Below the pieces are notes generated by a model. The model made no database searches, had not been told where the DNA came from, and saw only the letters and a list, made by a program, of their open reading frames with translations. Below are positions 27,470 to 40,279 of a stretch of 64,000 nt of DNA, in pieces. The translations under genes and the position numbers were made by a program. Source of the DNA: Eledone cirrhosa. Its lineage: Eukaryota. The number at the start of each line of letters is the position of its first letter. The first letter of the stretch is position 1. Location: NCBI GenBank assembly GCA_964016885.1, contig OZ024741.1, forward strand, positions 120,900,001 through 120,964,000, given 5' to 3'.

Positions 27470-27660
27470 ATTGTTTCTACTTTTGGCACAAGGCCAGCAA
27501 TTACCCAGTGCATTACTGGTACTTTATTTTATCAACTCCGTAAGGATGAAAGGCAAAGTTAACCTCGGCGGGATTTGAACTCAGAATGGCAAGGGCCGTA
27601 ACTCTATGCATCGAAGCATGGCGTCCGACTCTCTACCGATACTGCCAATCCATCGCCCTA
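27470..27660 (-). mobile_element. Well-preserved SINE family 1 copy
   Basis: Complete head to tail: GGGCGATGGATTGGCAGTATCGGTAGAG...GAGTTCAAATCCCGCCGAGGTTAACTTTGCCTTTCATCC...GGCCTTGTGCCAAAAGTAGAAAC. Confidence 0.85.
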
Positions 27661-27977
27661 ATAATAGTATATATAATGGTTTCTGATTTAGGCACAAAGC
27701 CAACAATTTGAGGTGGGGAGGAAAGTCGATTAAATCGACCCCAGTACGTTACTGATGCTTTATTTCATCGACCCAGTAAAGATGAAAGGCATAGCTAAGT
27801 ATTCCTGGAGGCAAAAAAAAAAAAATTGACAAAGGCATGACATCACAATTTTCTATTATTATGGTCCTTTGTGATAGGCTGCACACATTTTAAGTTTCAA
27901 ATTTCCCCAATGCTTCTTAAGTCAATTGCTTTGTTTCTAATTAAAACATTGTATTTTTTTCCTGTCTATTCCAACAG

Positions 27978-28098
27978 GCGAAGCTAAAAATCTGCCGACC
28001 TATGTATACTCTTCAGGAGGAGGACGGAATACCTTATGTGTAGTCAAATTAGACAATGAAGAAATTTTCCGAACACAAATTGTAGATAAATCTTTAAA
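27978..28098 (+). CDS. RASA3: Internal coding exon of a GAP1-family Ras GTPase-activating protein (RASA2/RASA3-like), start of the C2A domain
   Basis: Acceptor TTTTTTTCCTGTCTATTCCAACAG| and donor |GTAAGT. Open frame (G)EAKNLPTYVYSSGGGRNTLCVVKLDNEEIFRTQIVDKSL resembles, from memory, vertebrate RASA3 GEAKNLPSY...[20 protein letters not shown]. RASA2 and RASA3 cannot be distinguished from this exon. Confidence 0.85.
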
Positions 28099-28314
28099 GT
28101 AAGTACAAAATAAATTATTTACTCTTTTACTAGTTTCAATCACTAAACTGTAGCCATGCTGGGGCCTCCTCTTGATTTAGTCAATCATATTGACCACCCA
28201 TGATTATTTTTTCAAGTCAGGTGCATATTTTATTGATCTATTTTTGTCGAACCACTAAGTTACGAAACGGACACAGAGTTGACATAAATGTAAACAAACA
28301 CACATACACACACA

Positions 28315-28372
<58 letters not shown>

Positions 28373-28429
28373 CATATAATGTAGCCGATCTCTTGGACTT
28401 TTACGAATTGCTAAGGGGATAAAGTTAAT

Positions 28430-28580
28430 ATAAAGAGTGGTGTTTTCATGCATGGAGATGCTATAAGATAGCTTATATAATAGAAATGGAAAAAGAAGTT
28501 GCCATCGGCCGTTATGAGGAATTGAACCCCGTATCTCCCAGATACAGCCTAGGCATTTTGAACCATTAAGCTTTCTGTCA
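28430..28580 (-). mobile_element. tRNA-headed SINE, family 4
   Basis: Minus strand GCTTAATGGTT...GGGTTCAATTCCTCATAACGGCCGATGGCAACTTC. A second copy at about 41660-42005 is split by a piggyBac-like MITE. Confidence 0.6.
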
Positions 28581-28625
28581 GTCTTCCTATTTTATAGCAT
28601 CTCTGTGCATGAGCACACCTCTCTT

Positions 28626-28678
<53 letters not shown>

Positions 28679-29233
28679 GCACACACATACACACACATAA
28701 CAAATGCAATGAGCTTCTACAGTTTCTGTTTACCAAATTTCACTCACAAGGCATTAATCAACTCAAAGCTATAGTAGAAGACACTTGTTAAATCTATAAC
28801 TCAAATTAAAATCTACCATATTCCTAATGAAAGACACTACTTAGGATTTTAAAATAATTTTATAAATAATGAATATGGAGGAATTTAGTCAAATAACTAA
28901 CTTTCTCATTATTAAACTGGTATTTTGGGCGGTGGATTGACAGTGTTGGTAGAGCATCTGACAACATGCTTTGCAGTATATAGTTACAGTCTTTTACGTT
29001 TTGAATTCAAATCCTGTCAAGGTTAGCTTTGCTTTTCATCCTTATGGGGGTCAATAAAATAATGTACCAGTAACATACTGAGTTCGATTTAATCAACTTT
29101 ACTCTTCCCTTCAAATTACTGGCCTTGGGCCAAATGTAGAAATAATTATCAAGCTAGTATTTGAAATGTAACATGACAATGGTTCTTTCATAAATTATGA
29201 TGGGAAGTTTTTAGATAAATATAAACACTTTAA

Positions 29234-29489
29234 CCTTTTCGTTACCATATTTCTGATGAAAAACATGGCTGAGGATTTTCAAATAATTTCGAAAATAATC
29301 AAGAATTTGGATGGGTTTAGTCAAATATCCAAATTTAACACCATTAAGCTGGTATTTGGAACATAACTTCACAAAACTTCTTACATAAAATTATGATGGA
29401 AATTTTTTAGATAGAAATAAACACTGTAGTACAAATAGCTTTGTATTCCAGAACTAGGGATGGTTTTAGGCAGTTTATTGTCAAAAGGG
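29234..29489. mobile_element. Second TTAA-flanked (piggyBac-like) MITE family
   Basis: TTAA-CCTTTTCGTTACC ... CAAAAGGG-TTAA. Partial copies at about 11500-11640, 12060-12352, 19595, 20590, 28815 and 44420-44865. Confidence 0.6.
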
Positions 29490-30569
29490 TTAATTAAACC
29501 TATTACCTAGCTTAAGTCAACCACTCCTGGTGCTCTATACATGTAAATGGCATAATTTAATGTATTGAGATTTTAGGGGATGGTGAAAGGCAAAATGTTT
29601 ATCCGCTCTGGGTGAGGAGAGTTAGATATTTTAGGGAATGGTAGATTGGCAGAGTCAGTAGATTGTCAGAGAACATGATTAGTGCATGTATGTGTGTACA
29701 TGTACATGTGCTTATGTGTATGTGTGTATGTAGGTATATTTGTGTGTGTGCATGTATATATTCTTGTGCATAAAGCGATGAAATACCAATGATGGTTGGA
29801 AGATCACTGATGAAGGACTAACTTTATTCATATATATATATATATATATATATATTAATATATTAATAAAGGGAAACTATATTTATAAAACCATATTTAT
29901 TTTATTATACATATTTCAAGGGCAACCAAGGCAAATTATGGTGCGCTTTCATCAGATAAAATACAGATTTGTTTTATAAATAAATATTGACATACCCGGA
30001 AAAAAAGACAACCTTAACGGTTGGAGCTTCCTGACTATCCAGGAAGCTCCAACTGTTAAGGTTGAGTGCTTTATATCAGTTATAAAAATTTTAAAATTAA
30101 ATATAACCTCTGCATATATATATATATATATATATATGTATGTTTGTGTGCATGTGCTTGTGTGTATATGTATATAGGTATCTTTGTGTGTGTATGCATG
30201 TATGTATGTGCATGCACATATGTGTGTGTGAGTGTATGTGGATATGTATGTGCTTGTGTCTGTATCTGCAAGTGTGTGTGTGTGTGTGTGCATGCATGCA
30301 TGTATGTGTGTGCTTGTGTATGTGTATGTGGGTATGTTTGTGTGTATGTGTGTATGGGTATGTGCATGTGTATGCATGTGGTTGTGTGTATGCATGTGTG
30401 TGAATATCTGTATGTTATATGCATGTAGTAGCAACAGTGTTTTATAGTTCCACAGAGTTGAAGAGAAAGAAACAAACCAAACTTGATCTCTAATTTCTGG
30501 CTAATTGTTGATAGATGTGACAGACTGACAGACAGACAGAAATAGCACAGTAGGTGGGGAGGACAGGGT

Positions 30570-30950
30570 GTCATCGTGATCATCATCATCACCATCATTG
30601 TCATTGTCATCATCAGCATCATTGTCATCATCATCGTCATCAACATCATCAGCATCATTGTCATCATCATCGTCATCATCATCCTCATCGTCACTATCAT
30701 CATCATTATTGTCATCATCATCATCATCATCATCGTCATCATCATTGTCATCACCATCATCACCATCATCATTGTCATCAGCATCATCATCATTGTCATT
30801 GTTATCAATATCATCATCGTCATCACCATCTTCGTCATCATCACCTTCATCATCATCATCGTCGTCACCATTATTGCCACCACCATCATCATCATTATCG
30901 TTACCATCACCAACATCATCATAATCATGGTCATCATCATCATAATCACC
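30570..30950. repeat. Long imperfect (CAT)n tract
   Basis: Directly visible. It produces the poly-H/I/S/D/M ORFs. Confidence 0.95.
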
Positions 30951-31167
30951 AAGAGGTGGATGAGAGCATTTTATTGTGGAAGTTGTCATATCTTTCACAT
31001 AATTGATGAGTCTTCCGGACCCTTTTTTTGGCAAGCTTTCTATGGATGGATACCCTTCATATCACCAACCACTTTACAGGGTGCAATTTATTGTTTCACC
31101 AACACTAGAGAGGTTGTACCCATGGCACAACTAATATGTGTATGTGTGTATATATATATATATATAT

Positions 31168-33780
31168 ATCATCATCATCATTGTTTAATGTCTATCTTCC
31201 ACTCTAGCATGGGTTTAGACAGGAATTGTCCCACTTGAGGCAAGATTGGTTGGGTGACCGTGTCTCACTCGTATAGGACTATCTGGCAGGTTTTCTACGG
31301 CTGGATGCCCTTCCTAACACCAACCACATTTACATTGTGGACTGGGAGGTTTTTACCGTGTTACCTACACGGCCACATTACAGCGTGGACTGTGTGTTTT
31401 TTTGTCGTGACACCTATACGACCATATATTTTGGACTGGATGTTGTGGTACCAACATAACTTTACAGAGAAAGGGTGGTGGGAGTGGGAGGGTGGAGTAG
31501 GGGTTGTGGATTGGGGTGTATATTTGGTTAAGAGGTGCCTACTGAGTGTAGGTTTCGCTTTGTACATAGGCAAGGCGGGTCTTCTGTATTACTAACTGGT
31601 GCCAAAGATCTCGGTCCAGCGACATTATCTTAGAGAGGTGCAAGTGTGTAAGGTCGGAATTTATCAAATCATCCCAGGTTTTTCTGGGTCTACCTATTCT
31701 GTAACTTCCATCAATTTTGATCCCCCTGCACTTTCTTATACAGCTGTCGTCTTTCATGCGCATCACGTGACCATACCAACGTAGTCTTCTCTCGAGTAAA
31801 CAGCATCTGATCCCTCTAATTCCTAATTTCTCACTTAGTTCATTTATGCTTTGCCGTTTGCGTATATTACTATTACACATCCAATGGAGCATGCATGCTT
31901 CGTTCCTCTCCAGTCTGCGCAGGTCCTCTCCACACAATGCCCATGTCTCCTGCCATGTAACATTGCTGTTCGTATGCAGGCATCATACAATCTGCCTTTC
32001 ATTTTTAGAGAGAAACCTTTAGTGGCCAATAGTGGTATAAGCTCTCTGAACATTTTCCATCCCGTTCTAACTTTGGCTACTGTACTTTCAGAGCTCCTTC
32101 CACCACTGCTGATTTTGTCACCTAGGTAACGGAAAGTGTCCACTATTTCTATAGAACCATCTGGGCAATAGAAGGAGCTAGTATCCTGTGGGCACTTGCT
32201 ACTTATTGCACCTGAGCATCGGCCACATATAAAATCTACGTTCTTAGATAGCTTACCTGTGATCCCACTACATCTTTTATGTACCCATAGTTTGCATTTG
32301 GGACATAAAATGGAATTTCTGCCTACTCCTTTCCTACACACTGAGCATGGCCATTTACCAGAGGGCACCTGTGCCCTATTTTCCTTTCTACATACTAGAA
32401 CTTTAGTCTTAATCAAGTTAACTTTAAGGCCTTTTGATTTTATGTTTGGAATTTCTTCTCTAGTTCAGCCACCGATTCAGCTATGAGAGTTAGATCACCT
32501 GCGCATAGAAGTTCCCATGGGCAGCCGGTCTTGAACCCCTCTGTTATAGCCTGAAGGGCAATAATAAATAGGAGGGAGCTAACACCAACTTTTACGCTAA
32601 ATTCTTCACTATATTCATTGTTAATTCTAACCTTGCTGACTGTTTCTTTATACATTGCTTGTATAGCTCTCACAAGCCATTCATGTACACCTAGTTTTCT
32701 AACGGCCCACCAGATAATGGAGCGGGGGAGTCAGTCAAAGGCTTTCTCCAAGTCAACAAAAGCTAAGTAGAGCGGTTTACTTTTAGCTAGGTACTTCTCC
32801 AGTAGTTGTCGTACAAGGAAAAGAGCGTCTGTGGTACTTTTACCTGACACAAACACAAACTGCATTTCATCTAGATCAATTCACTCTCTGATTAGTTGCG
32901 CTATAACTCTTTCTGTGACCTTCATGACCTGTTCAATTAACTTAATGCCTTTATAGTCTAGAGCATCTCCTTTACCCTTGTAGCAGTTAATGATGATGTT
33001 GCTACGCCAGTCATTTGGTATGACCCCATTCTGTATGACTTGGTTTACTATCCGGGTGACCATAGTGTGTCCCACCATTCCAGATGCTTTCAACATCTCA
33101 GCAACTATCTCCGAAGGCCCAGCTGCCTTGCCTGTCTTCATATCTTTGATTGCCTTACTTATTATACTACCTTTAACTTGCATCGCTGGTCCCTCTATTG
33201 GGATCGATTTGGGGCAGACTATCTTTTTCCCATTTATTCTCCTCATTTAGTAGTCTCTCATAGTGACACTTCCAAGCTACCTTCTTATCAGTATCAGTGA
33301 GGGCAAGTACACCATCATCATTACAGACACACTTCTCCCCGACAATATCACGGTTTTCCTTGACACATTGTCTTGCAATCCTGAACACCTCACGTTTTTG
33401 GTCCTCTCGTTGTAGAACATGCTTGAACTTTCTTTCCTCTGCTTCCCTTCTTGCAAAGTACACTTGTCTCCTAGCTTCTCTCCTGGCCACTAGATAGTGT
33501 TCTCTACTTCCCCCATCCCACCATACTTTCCAAGCCTGCTTTTTGGCCTTAATTGACCCCTCCACCTTACTGTTCCACCACCAAGTTACTCTCCTCCTGC
33601 CTATAGGTCTGCTCCAGCCACAGATTTCATCTGTCGCCTTCAGCAGGTTAACTTTCCAGAATTCCCACTGTTCCTCTATATTGCTCTTCCTTACTGTCAA
33701 AAGCATCAAGTAATATGCTTTTAAATTTGTTACTGGTTGTGCGGTCCTTCAACTTCCATATTCTTCTCCTCAGCGTAGTC
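31168..33780 (-). mobile_element. RTE-clade LINE (family A), 5'-truncated with frameshifts, RT plus PHD finger
   Basis: TWWWN, KAAGPSEI, QF.FVSGKSTTDA, DLEKAFD, CSVC..CPKC..WVHKRC..CGRC and [11 protein letters not shown], followed by the 3'UTR and (GAT)n tail. Confidence 0.93.
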
Positions 33781-35976
33781 CTGTCATCATAATCATCATA
33801 ATCATCATTATCATTTTAATGTTTGCTTTTCCTGCTAGAAAGGGTTGGATGGGTCTACATAGACCAATTTAGTACTGAAGCAAGGCTACTGACTTCCCAA
33901 AAAGCCCAAGGATCTATGTCTCACTCACATTCTACTGAGTGGCCAGGAGAGGTTGTTATGTATTTGACACAACTGAAGGGTCCTCTCAACCATTTGTTTG
34001 GCAGGCTTTCTATGGCTGGATACTCTTCCTATCATTAATGAGCTGCTAATAGTCACTTTCCCTTTCTTCATGGACCCCTCTATGATCCAAACACCTGCTC
34101 TCACTCTCTCCTCCCTTCCCAGGCAAGCAGCATGTAGCTGCCATTGTTACCTGTGACAGTATCACTTTTGTTTTCCTCTCATCTTTCACTCCACACTAAT
34201 TACTGCCTCTCTCTCTGGTTGAGAACACAACAGTCACTTGAGTGCTGGTGCAACGATAAAATGCACCTATTCACTCTGTAAAGTAGTAGTGATTGTGCCA
34301 CAATATAATTGTTTCTACTTTTGGCACAAGGCCAGCAATTATCCCAGTATTACTGGTACTTTATTTTATCAACCCCGTAAGGATGAAAGGCAAAGTTAAC
34401 CTCGGCGGGATTTGAACTCAAATGGTAAAGGGACATAACTCTATGCTGCGGAGCATGGCATCCGATCCTCTACTGATTCTGCCAATCCACTGAATGCATA
34501 CAACCAACTCTGTAAATTAGTAGTGCTGGTGCCATGATAAAATGCACCTAGTCCATGCTTTAAAGTAGGAATTTTAGTACCACCATAAAATGTTAGTCCA
34601 TGCTTTAAAGTAGGAATGTTAGTACCACTGTAAAATGAAAGTACTGGTGCCCTGATAAAATGCATATAGTCCACTGTAAAGTAGGAGCATTGGTATCGCG
34701 ATAAAATACACCTCAGCCACTCTGTAAAATGGAAGTTCTGGTGTCTTGATACAATGCACTCAGCAAAGTGGTTGATGTTAAAAAAGGCATCCAGCTGTAG
34801 AAATCTTGCCAAAATTAAAAGTTTAGGAGCAAGAAGAGTGCCATCTGTTTAATCTCTGAATGTGACAACTTGAGGAACCCATATCAGTATGGAAAACGGA
34901 TGTAAGATGGTGAGGATGTGTGTGTGTGAGAGAGGGTATAAAGAGTATTTTGGGAATTAAATATAGTCGCACATGTATGTTTATTATGTGCCTGTGGTCT
35001 TTTAGTTGGAGGAACCATTTGGGGGTGGAGGGAATGTTGACTTGGAGTTTAACTGTTTGAATGTTGGTCAGAGTAGAGAGAGAGAGATAGCAAGTGGGGA
35101 AGGAACAACGAAAGGCGAGTGGGAGAGAAAGAAGAAGCTAGATATATGAGAGAAGTGAAAGAGAAGGTAGAAGAAAGAAGCGATGAAGAAAGAAAGAGAC
35201 CGAGAGAGTGTGTGTGTGTGTGTGTGGGAAGGAGAGAGAGAGAGAGTATATATGTGTATGGGTGTGTTGCTACTGTTAACAAGCAGCTGAAGTCAATTCA
35301 TGGAACCAATCTCCTGCAGTAATTAAACCTGGATCTAGTTTTTGACCCCCTCCCTAAATATGACATGACCTCTTGACCCCGTCCTATGTCAAAATATCCA
35401 CTCCCTACTCTCAATTATGGGAGCTAGTTTGATTTTCTTTTTAGCTGTTCACTTTTATATCATATCCCATAACTTGCCTTCATTTTGAGGCCTTTTGTCT
35501 GTGTGGTTAAGGAGTTTGTTTCACAACCATGTTGTTCTGAGCTCAGTTGTACTGTTAGTTGTACACCTTGGGCAAGTGTCTTCTACTATAGCCTTGGATT
35601 AACCAATGTCTTGTGAAAGAAATTTGGTAGACAGAAACTGTCGTGTATCATCATCATCATCATCATCATCACCATTTAACGTCCATTTTTCCATGCTTGC
35701 ATAGGTTAGATGGGTTGTCCACGCCGGGAGGCAAGTCTGGCCATAGTTGGCCATGTCACACCTTGCTCTGGCAAGGACTGTAAATTTGACCGGGTATTTT
35801 ACAGCTGGATGCCTTTCTAACACCAACCACATTTACAGTATATGTTTATATATGTTTATTATATTATAGAAATAACTTCTAAAACAGATCTGACCTGGCT
35901 ATCCTCTAAATCATGCAAACTTTGAAAATAGACGTTAAACAATGATGATGATGTATATATATGTGTGTGTGTGTGT

Positions 35977-36020
<44 letters not shown>

Positions 36021-36317
36021 TATTATATATATATATAAGATTACAAAAATATGAGGAAATAATAAACAAAAATATACCTGTTTTTTCTTCAAAGTCCTGG
36101 CTGCAGTTTCACCGATCTGTGTGCAACGTTTTCTGCACTCTAAAAATATATCATTGCTGTGAGGTTGATATGGATTATCAAGAGACCCCTCAGAAAAAAA
36201 GGACTGTTTCTTGACACTTTATAGCAAGTGAGAAAATCTCTAGAGGCGGAATGAGGAATTAACACGTGATACAGTGGTATGGATATGTTATTATGTGAGT
36301 AACTTGTGGTTACTAGC

Positions 36318-36628
36318 AGTGGACAATAAGAAGTCAGATTTACAGCTTTTTATGAAACTTTATTTCATATTACAACTGTTTCTATATCTATATCAGCTTG
36401 GGTTTGATCAGGCGGTTGGATCCCGACTCTTAATTGACACTTCAGATATGAGAGTTTACATGGGTGGTCCCATTCAACCCATGGGACGACCCATGTAAAC
36501 TCGCATATCTGAAGAACTGTCAATTAAGAGTCGGTATTCAATCGCATGATCATACCTGAGCTGATCGATATCGAAACAATTGTAATATGAAATAAAATTT
36601 CATAACAAGCTGACTTCTTATTGTCACT
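36318..36628. repeat. ~310-bp imperfect inverted repeat (arms about 150 bp, 7-nt loop)
   Basis: The left arm 36318-36473 is the reverse complement of 36481-36628, apart from scattered mismatches and small indels. Confidence 0.92.
36504..36589 (+). ncRNA. Minimal type-I hammerhead ribozyme motif with long stem II
   Basis: CATAT-CTGAAGA-(57 nt)-GAAA-C-AATT-G-TA^-ATATG. The core and the 5-bp stem I are intact, while the base of stem II is imperfect. Confidence 0.65.
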
Positions 36629-36635
36629 CTATGTA

Positions 36636-36700
<65 letters not shown>

Positions 36701-37319
36701 ATCCTGAAACTTAACAGTTTGACAAAAAAGGAGATCAGAAATAAGGGCCATTCTTTAAAAAATTAAATCCTTTTAAGGCAGTGTCCCAGCATGGCCATAG
36801 TCTAATGACAAACAAGTAAAAGAGAAAAATCAAAGAATATGCATGTGGATGTAACATGTTTGAATGGTTAAGAAGCTTGCTTTGCACTCCAAATGTTCCA
36901 GGTTCAAGTATCATCTGAGTGTCATCTTGAGTAAGTTTAATTTACTATAACCATCGCTTGACTCCATGGTTTGTGGGTGAAATTGATAACCCATCGGATG
37001 GACTGTACCTGTAATTCAATGAGGTTATCCTTGTGAACACACATATGGTGTCACACTGAATCTCTCTGTAAATAACATTATAGGTACATGTGCCTGTGGA
37101 ATACTCAGTCACTTGCATGTTAATTTCATAAGCTGGCTGTTCATCAACATCATTGTCATCATTATCATCTCACTGCTTCATCATCATCATCATTGTCATC
37201 ACCATCATCTCACTGTTACATCATCATCATCATCATTGTCATCACCATCATCACTCATTGGTCCATAGTTGGTGCTGTTGCAACTGTCATCATTGTCATC
37301 ATATCAATAGCAACTGTTG

Positions 37320-38075
37320 GTGGTATGGTGATATAATGGTATTGATGGTATGGTGATAGTGGTAAGATGGTATGGAGGTATTGGTGGTATGCTGGTAAGG
37401 TTCATCATCATTGTTTAATGTCTATCTTCCATGCAGGCATGGGTTAGACGGGAGTTGTTCCACTTGAGACAAGATTGGTCGTATAGGACTATCTGGCAGG
37501 TTTTTTACGGCTGGATGCTCTTCCTAACACCAACCACATTTACAGTGAGCTTTTTACCGTGTTACCTACACGGCTGATATAGTGATAAGATGGTATGGTG
37601 GTATTGCTGGTATTGGTGATATAGTGGTAAGATGGTATGGTGGTATGGTGATAGTGGTAAGATGGTATGGTGGTATTGGTTGTATGGTTATATGGTGATA
37701 AGATGGTATGGTAGTATTGTTGCTATGGTGTATCAGTGGTATGGCGGTATGATGGTAAGGTTATATGGTGATAAGATGGTATGGTGGTATGATGGTATTG
37801 GTGGGATGGTGGTATTGGTTGTATATTGGTGGTATGGTGAGATTGGTGGTATTTGTGGTATTGGTGATAGTGGTATGGTGGTATAGCCGTAAGATGGTAT
37901 GGTGATATTGGTGGTATTGTTGGTATGGTGATGCGGTGGTATTCATGGTATGGTGATATTTGTGGTATGAGGGTACAGGTGGTGTATCAGTGGTATTAGT
38001 GGTACTGTGGTATGGTAGTATTAGTGGTATGGTGGTATTGGTGGTGTGGTGGTATTAGTGGTGTGGTGGTGTAGT
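37320..38075. repeat. TGGTA/GGT-rich tract containing an RTE 3'UTR fragment (about 37400-37572)
   Basis: Directly visible. Confidence 0.85.
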
Positions 38076-38272
38076 TTACTCAATGTCTGTCATCATTTCC
38101 TGTAACTCCTTTTAACAACACAAATAATGGATTTGAAGAATTTTAACAGTGAAAATATTTGAAATATGTAAATTGGAAAGAAAAAATAAGCCTCAGTAAA
38201 AACACATATATATGTGTGTGTGTATTTATATATACACACGTTTATGTTGGTTATTTGGTTATTTTCTTTAAA

Positions 38273-38330
<58 letters not shown>

Positions 38331-38400
38331 TTTAAAGAAAATAACCAGATTTACTTAATTCAAGTATAGACAAAAACCACAGATATACAGACATACAAAT

Positions 38401-38445
<45 letters not shown>

Positions 38446-39986
38446 TACACACACATGCAGAGAAGAAGAGAGAGAAAAAAATATAGTCATACAAACTAAA
38501 TCACACACCTATAAAACAAAAATGCAAATACATAAACACACACAAACACACACATACACACATGTATATGTAAATAAACACACAAACATACACATACACA
38601 AATAAAAATATATTAATATACACAAACAAAAACAAATATTTAGAGACGAAAACACACACATATATAGGCAAAAACACACATAGATAAAACACACACATAT
38701 GTATAAATAGATAAAACACACACACAGATATATACATAGAGAGAGAGATAGGTATACAGATAAAAACACACAAATACAAACAAAAACACACGCGCGCGCA
38801 CGCACACAAACACACTGGCTTGAATGACGTCAACAAATGGAGTCTTGATACAGCCAGTTATGGTAGGTGAGGATTGGTGCTCAGATGGGATAATCAAGAT
38901 GATTCTTTTCCTGTTCAAGGAGGGTAAATTAGTAAATCACTAATAGATGATGCCACATGTGACATGTTTTCTGGTTTCAACTTCATCACCTCAGCCATAA
39001 ATCTGGGTTCAAATCCCACTTTCATCCTTCTGAGGTTAATAAAATGAAGTACATATATGATGCCACATATCATGTTTTCTGATTTTAAACTCATCACCTT
39101 GGCCATAAATTTGGGTTCAAATCCCACTTTCATCCTTCTAAAGGTCAATAAAATAAAGTACCATTCAAGTACAGGGTTTGCTTCTTCCTCCATATCTTGG
39201 AAGAAATCGACTGTGTTCTGATTTGATGAGGGATGGGCTTCACCAGGTTTAAAACCCCCAAGACACTTCATGTGTCAAAACAACACTGCTACGACTCCAT
39301 CAGGAGTTATGGGATCTTTTTTTATAGATGACAAAGTGGCAGATTCACTAGAATGTTGGATAGAATGCGTTATGGCATTTATTCCGATTTTCTCTGCTCT
39401 GAGATAAAATTCTGCTGAAGTTAACGTTACCTTTCATCCTTTTGAGATCGATAAATAAAGTAACCATATGGAACTGCAGTAAATTTCTCTTTTATATCTC
39501 TTTCTCATTTCTCTCTTACTGCCTCGTTATTTCTCTGGAAGAAACTGACTGTAATAATTGATTGGTAAGGACTCCAGAAAGCTGGTACAGTGAGGTAAAA
39601 TTATATAAGGAAAAAGGATGAAAAATAAAACAAAACAATGATTTTCCTCAGTATATTTTAACATAATATTTCAGGGTTAATACACTCTTTTCAAATGCAA
39701 AACAAAAGCAAATGATGTGTTCTTCCTTAGCTGGTTCACTTTGTTTTGTTTTATTTGTTATCCTTTGCCCTTTATATATTTCTACCACATAGTACCAGCT
39801 TTCTGAAGTCCTTACCCATCAATTATTACATATCTCACGTATTAACTGTGTTAACCTGGAGAAGGATGGGCTCTACCAGCTTTAAGTGCCCTAGACACTG
39901 GCACCCCTATGACTTCATCGATAGTTATGGGCCCATGGCAGGCCATGCCAGTGGATTGACAAAATCAATAGATCATTGGAGAGATT

Positions 39987-40022
<36 letters not shown>

Positions 40023-40279
40023 TACACACACATGCAGAGAAGAAGAGAGAGAAAAAAATATAGTCATACAAACTAAATCACACACCTATAAAACAAGCCT
40101 TGCAGCATTTGTTCTGGTGGCTTATAATTCTTATAAATCTTGCTGTGGTGACTTTGTCTGTTATCCTTCTGAAGTTGATAAAATAAAGTACCTAGTCCAA
40201 ATGTTGATTTAATTAACTTTTTCCTCTCTCCAAAATTGCTGGCCTTGTGCCTAAATTAGAGACTATTTTATGGGAACTA

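Noticed and set aside
28500-28580. tRNA-like sequences with A and B boxes (also about 4250, 27600 and 20050)
   Set aside because: No intact cloverleaf, and each continues into a SINE body.
29935-30085. Minus-strand CTGATGAAAGCGC as another hammerhead
   Set aside because: The CTGATGA and GAAA overlap, leaving no stem II, and there is no valid NUH triplet or stem I.
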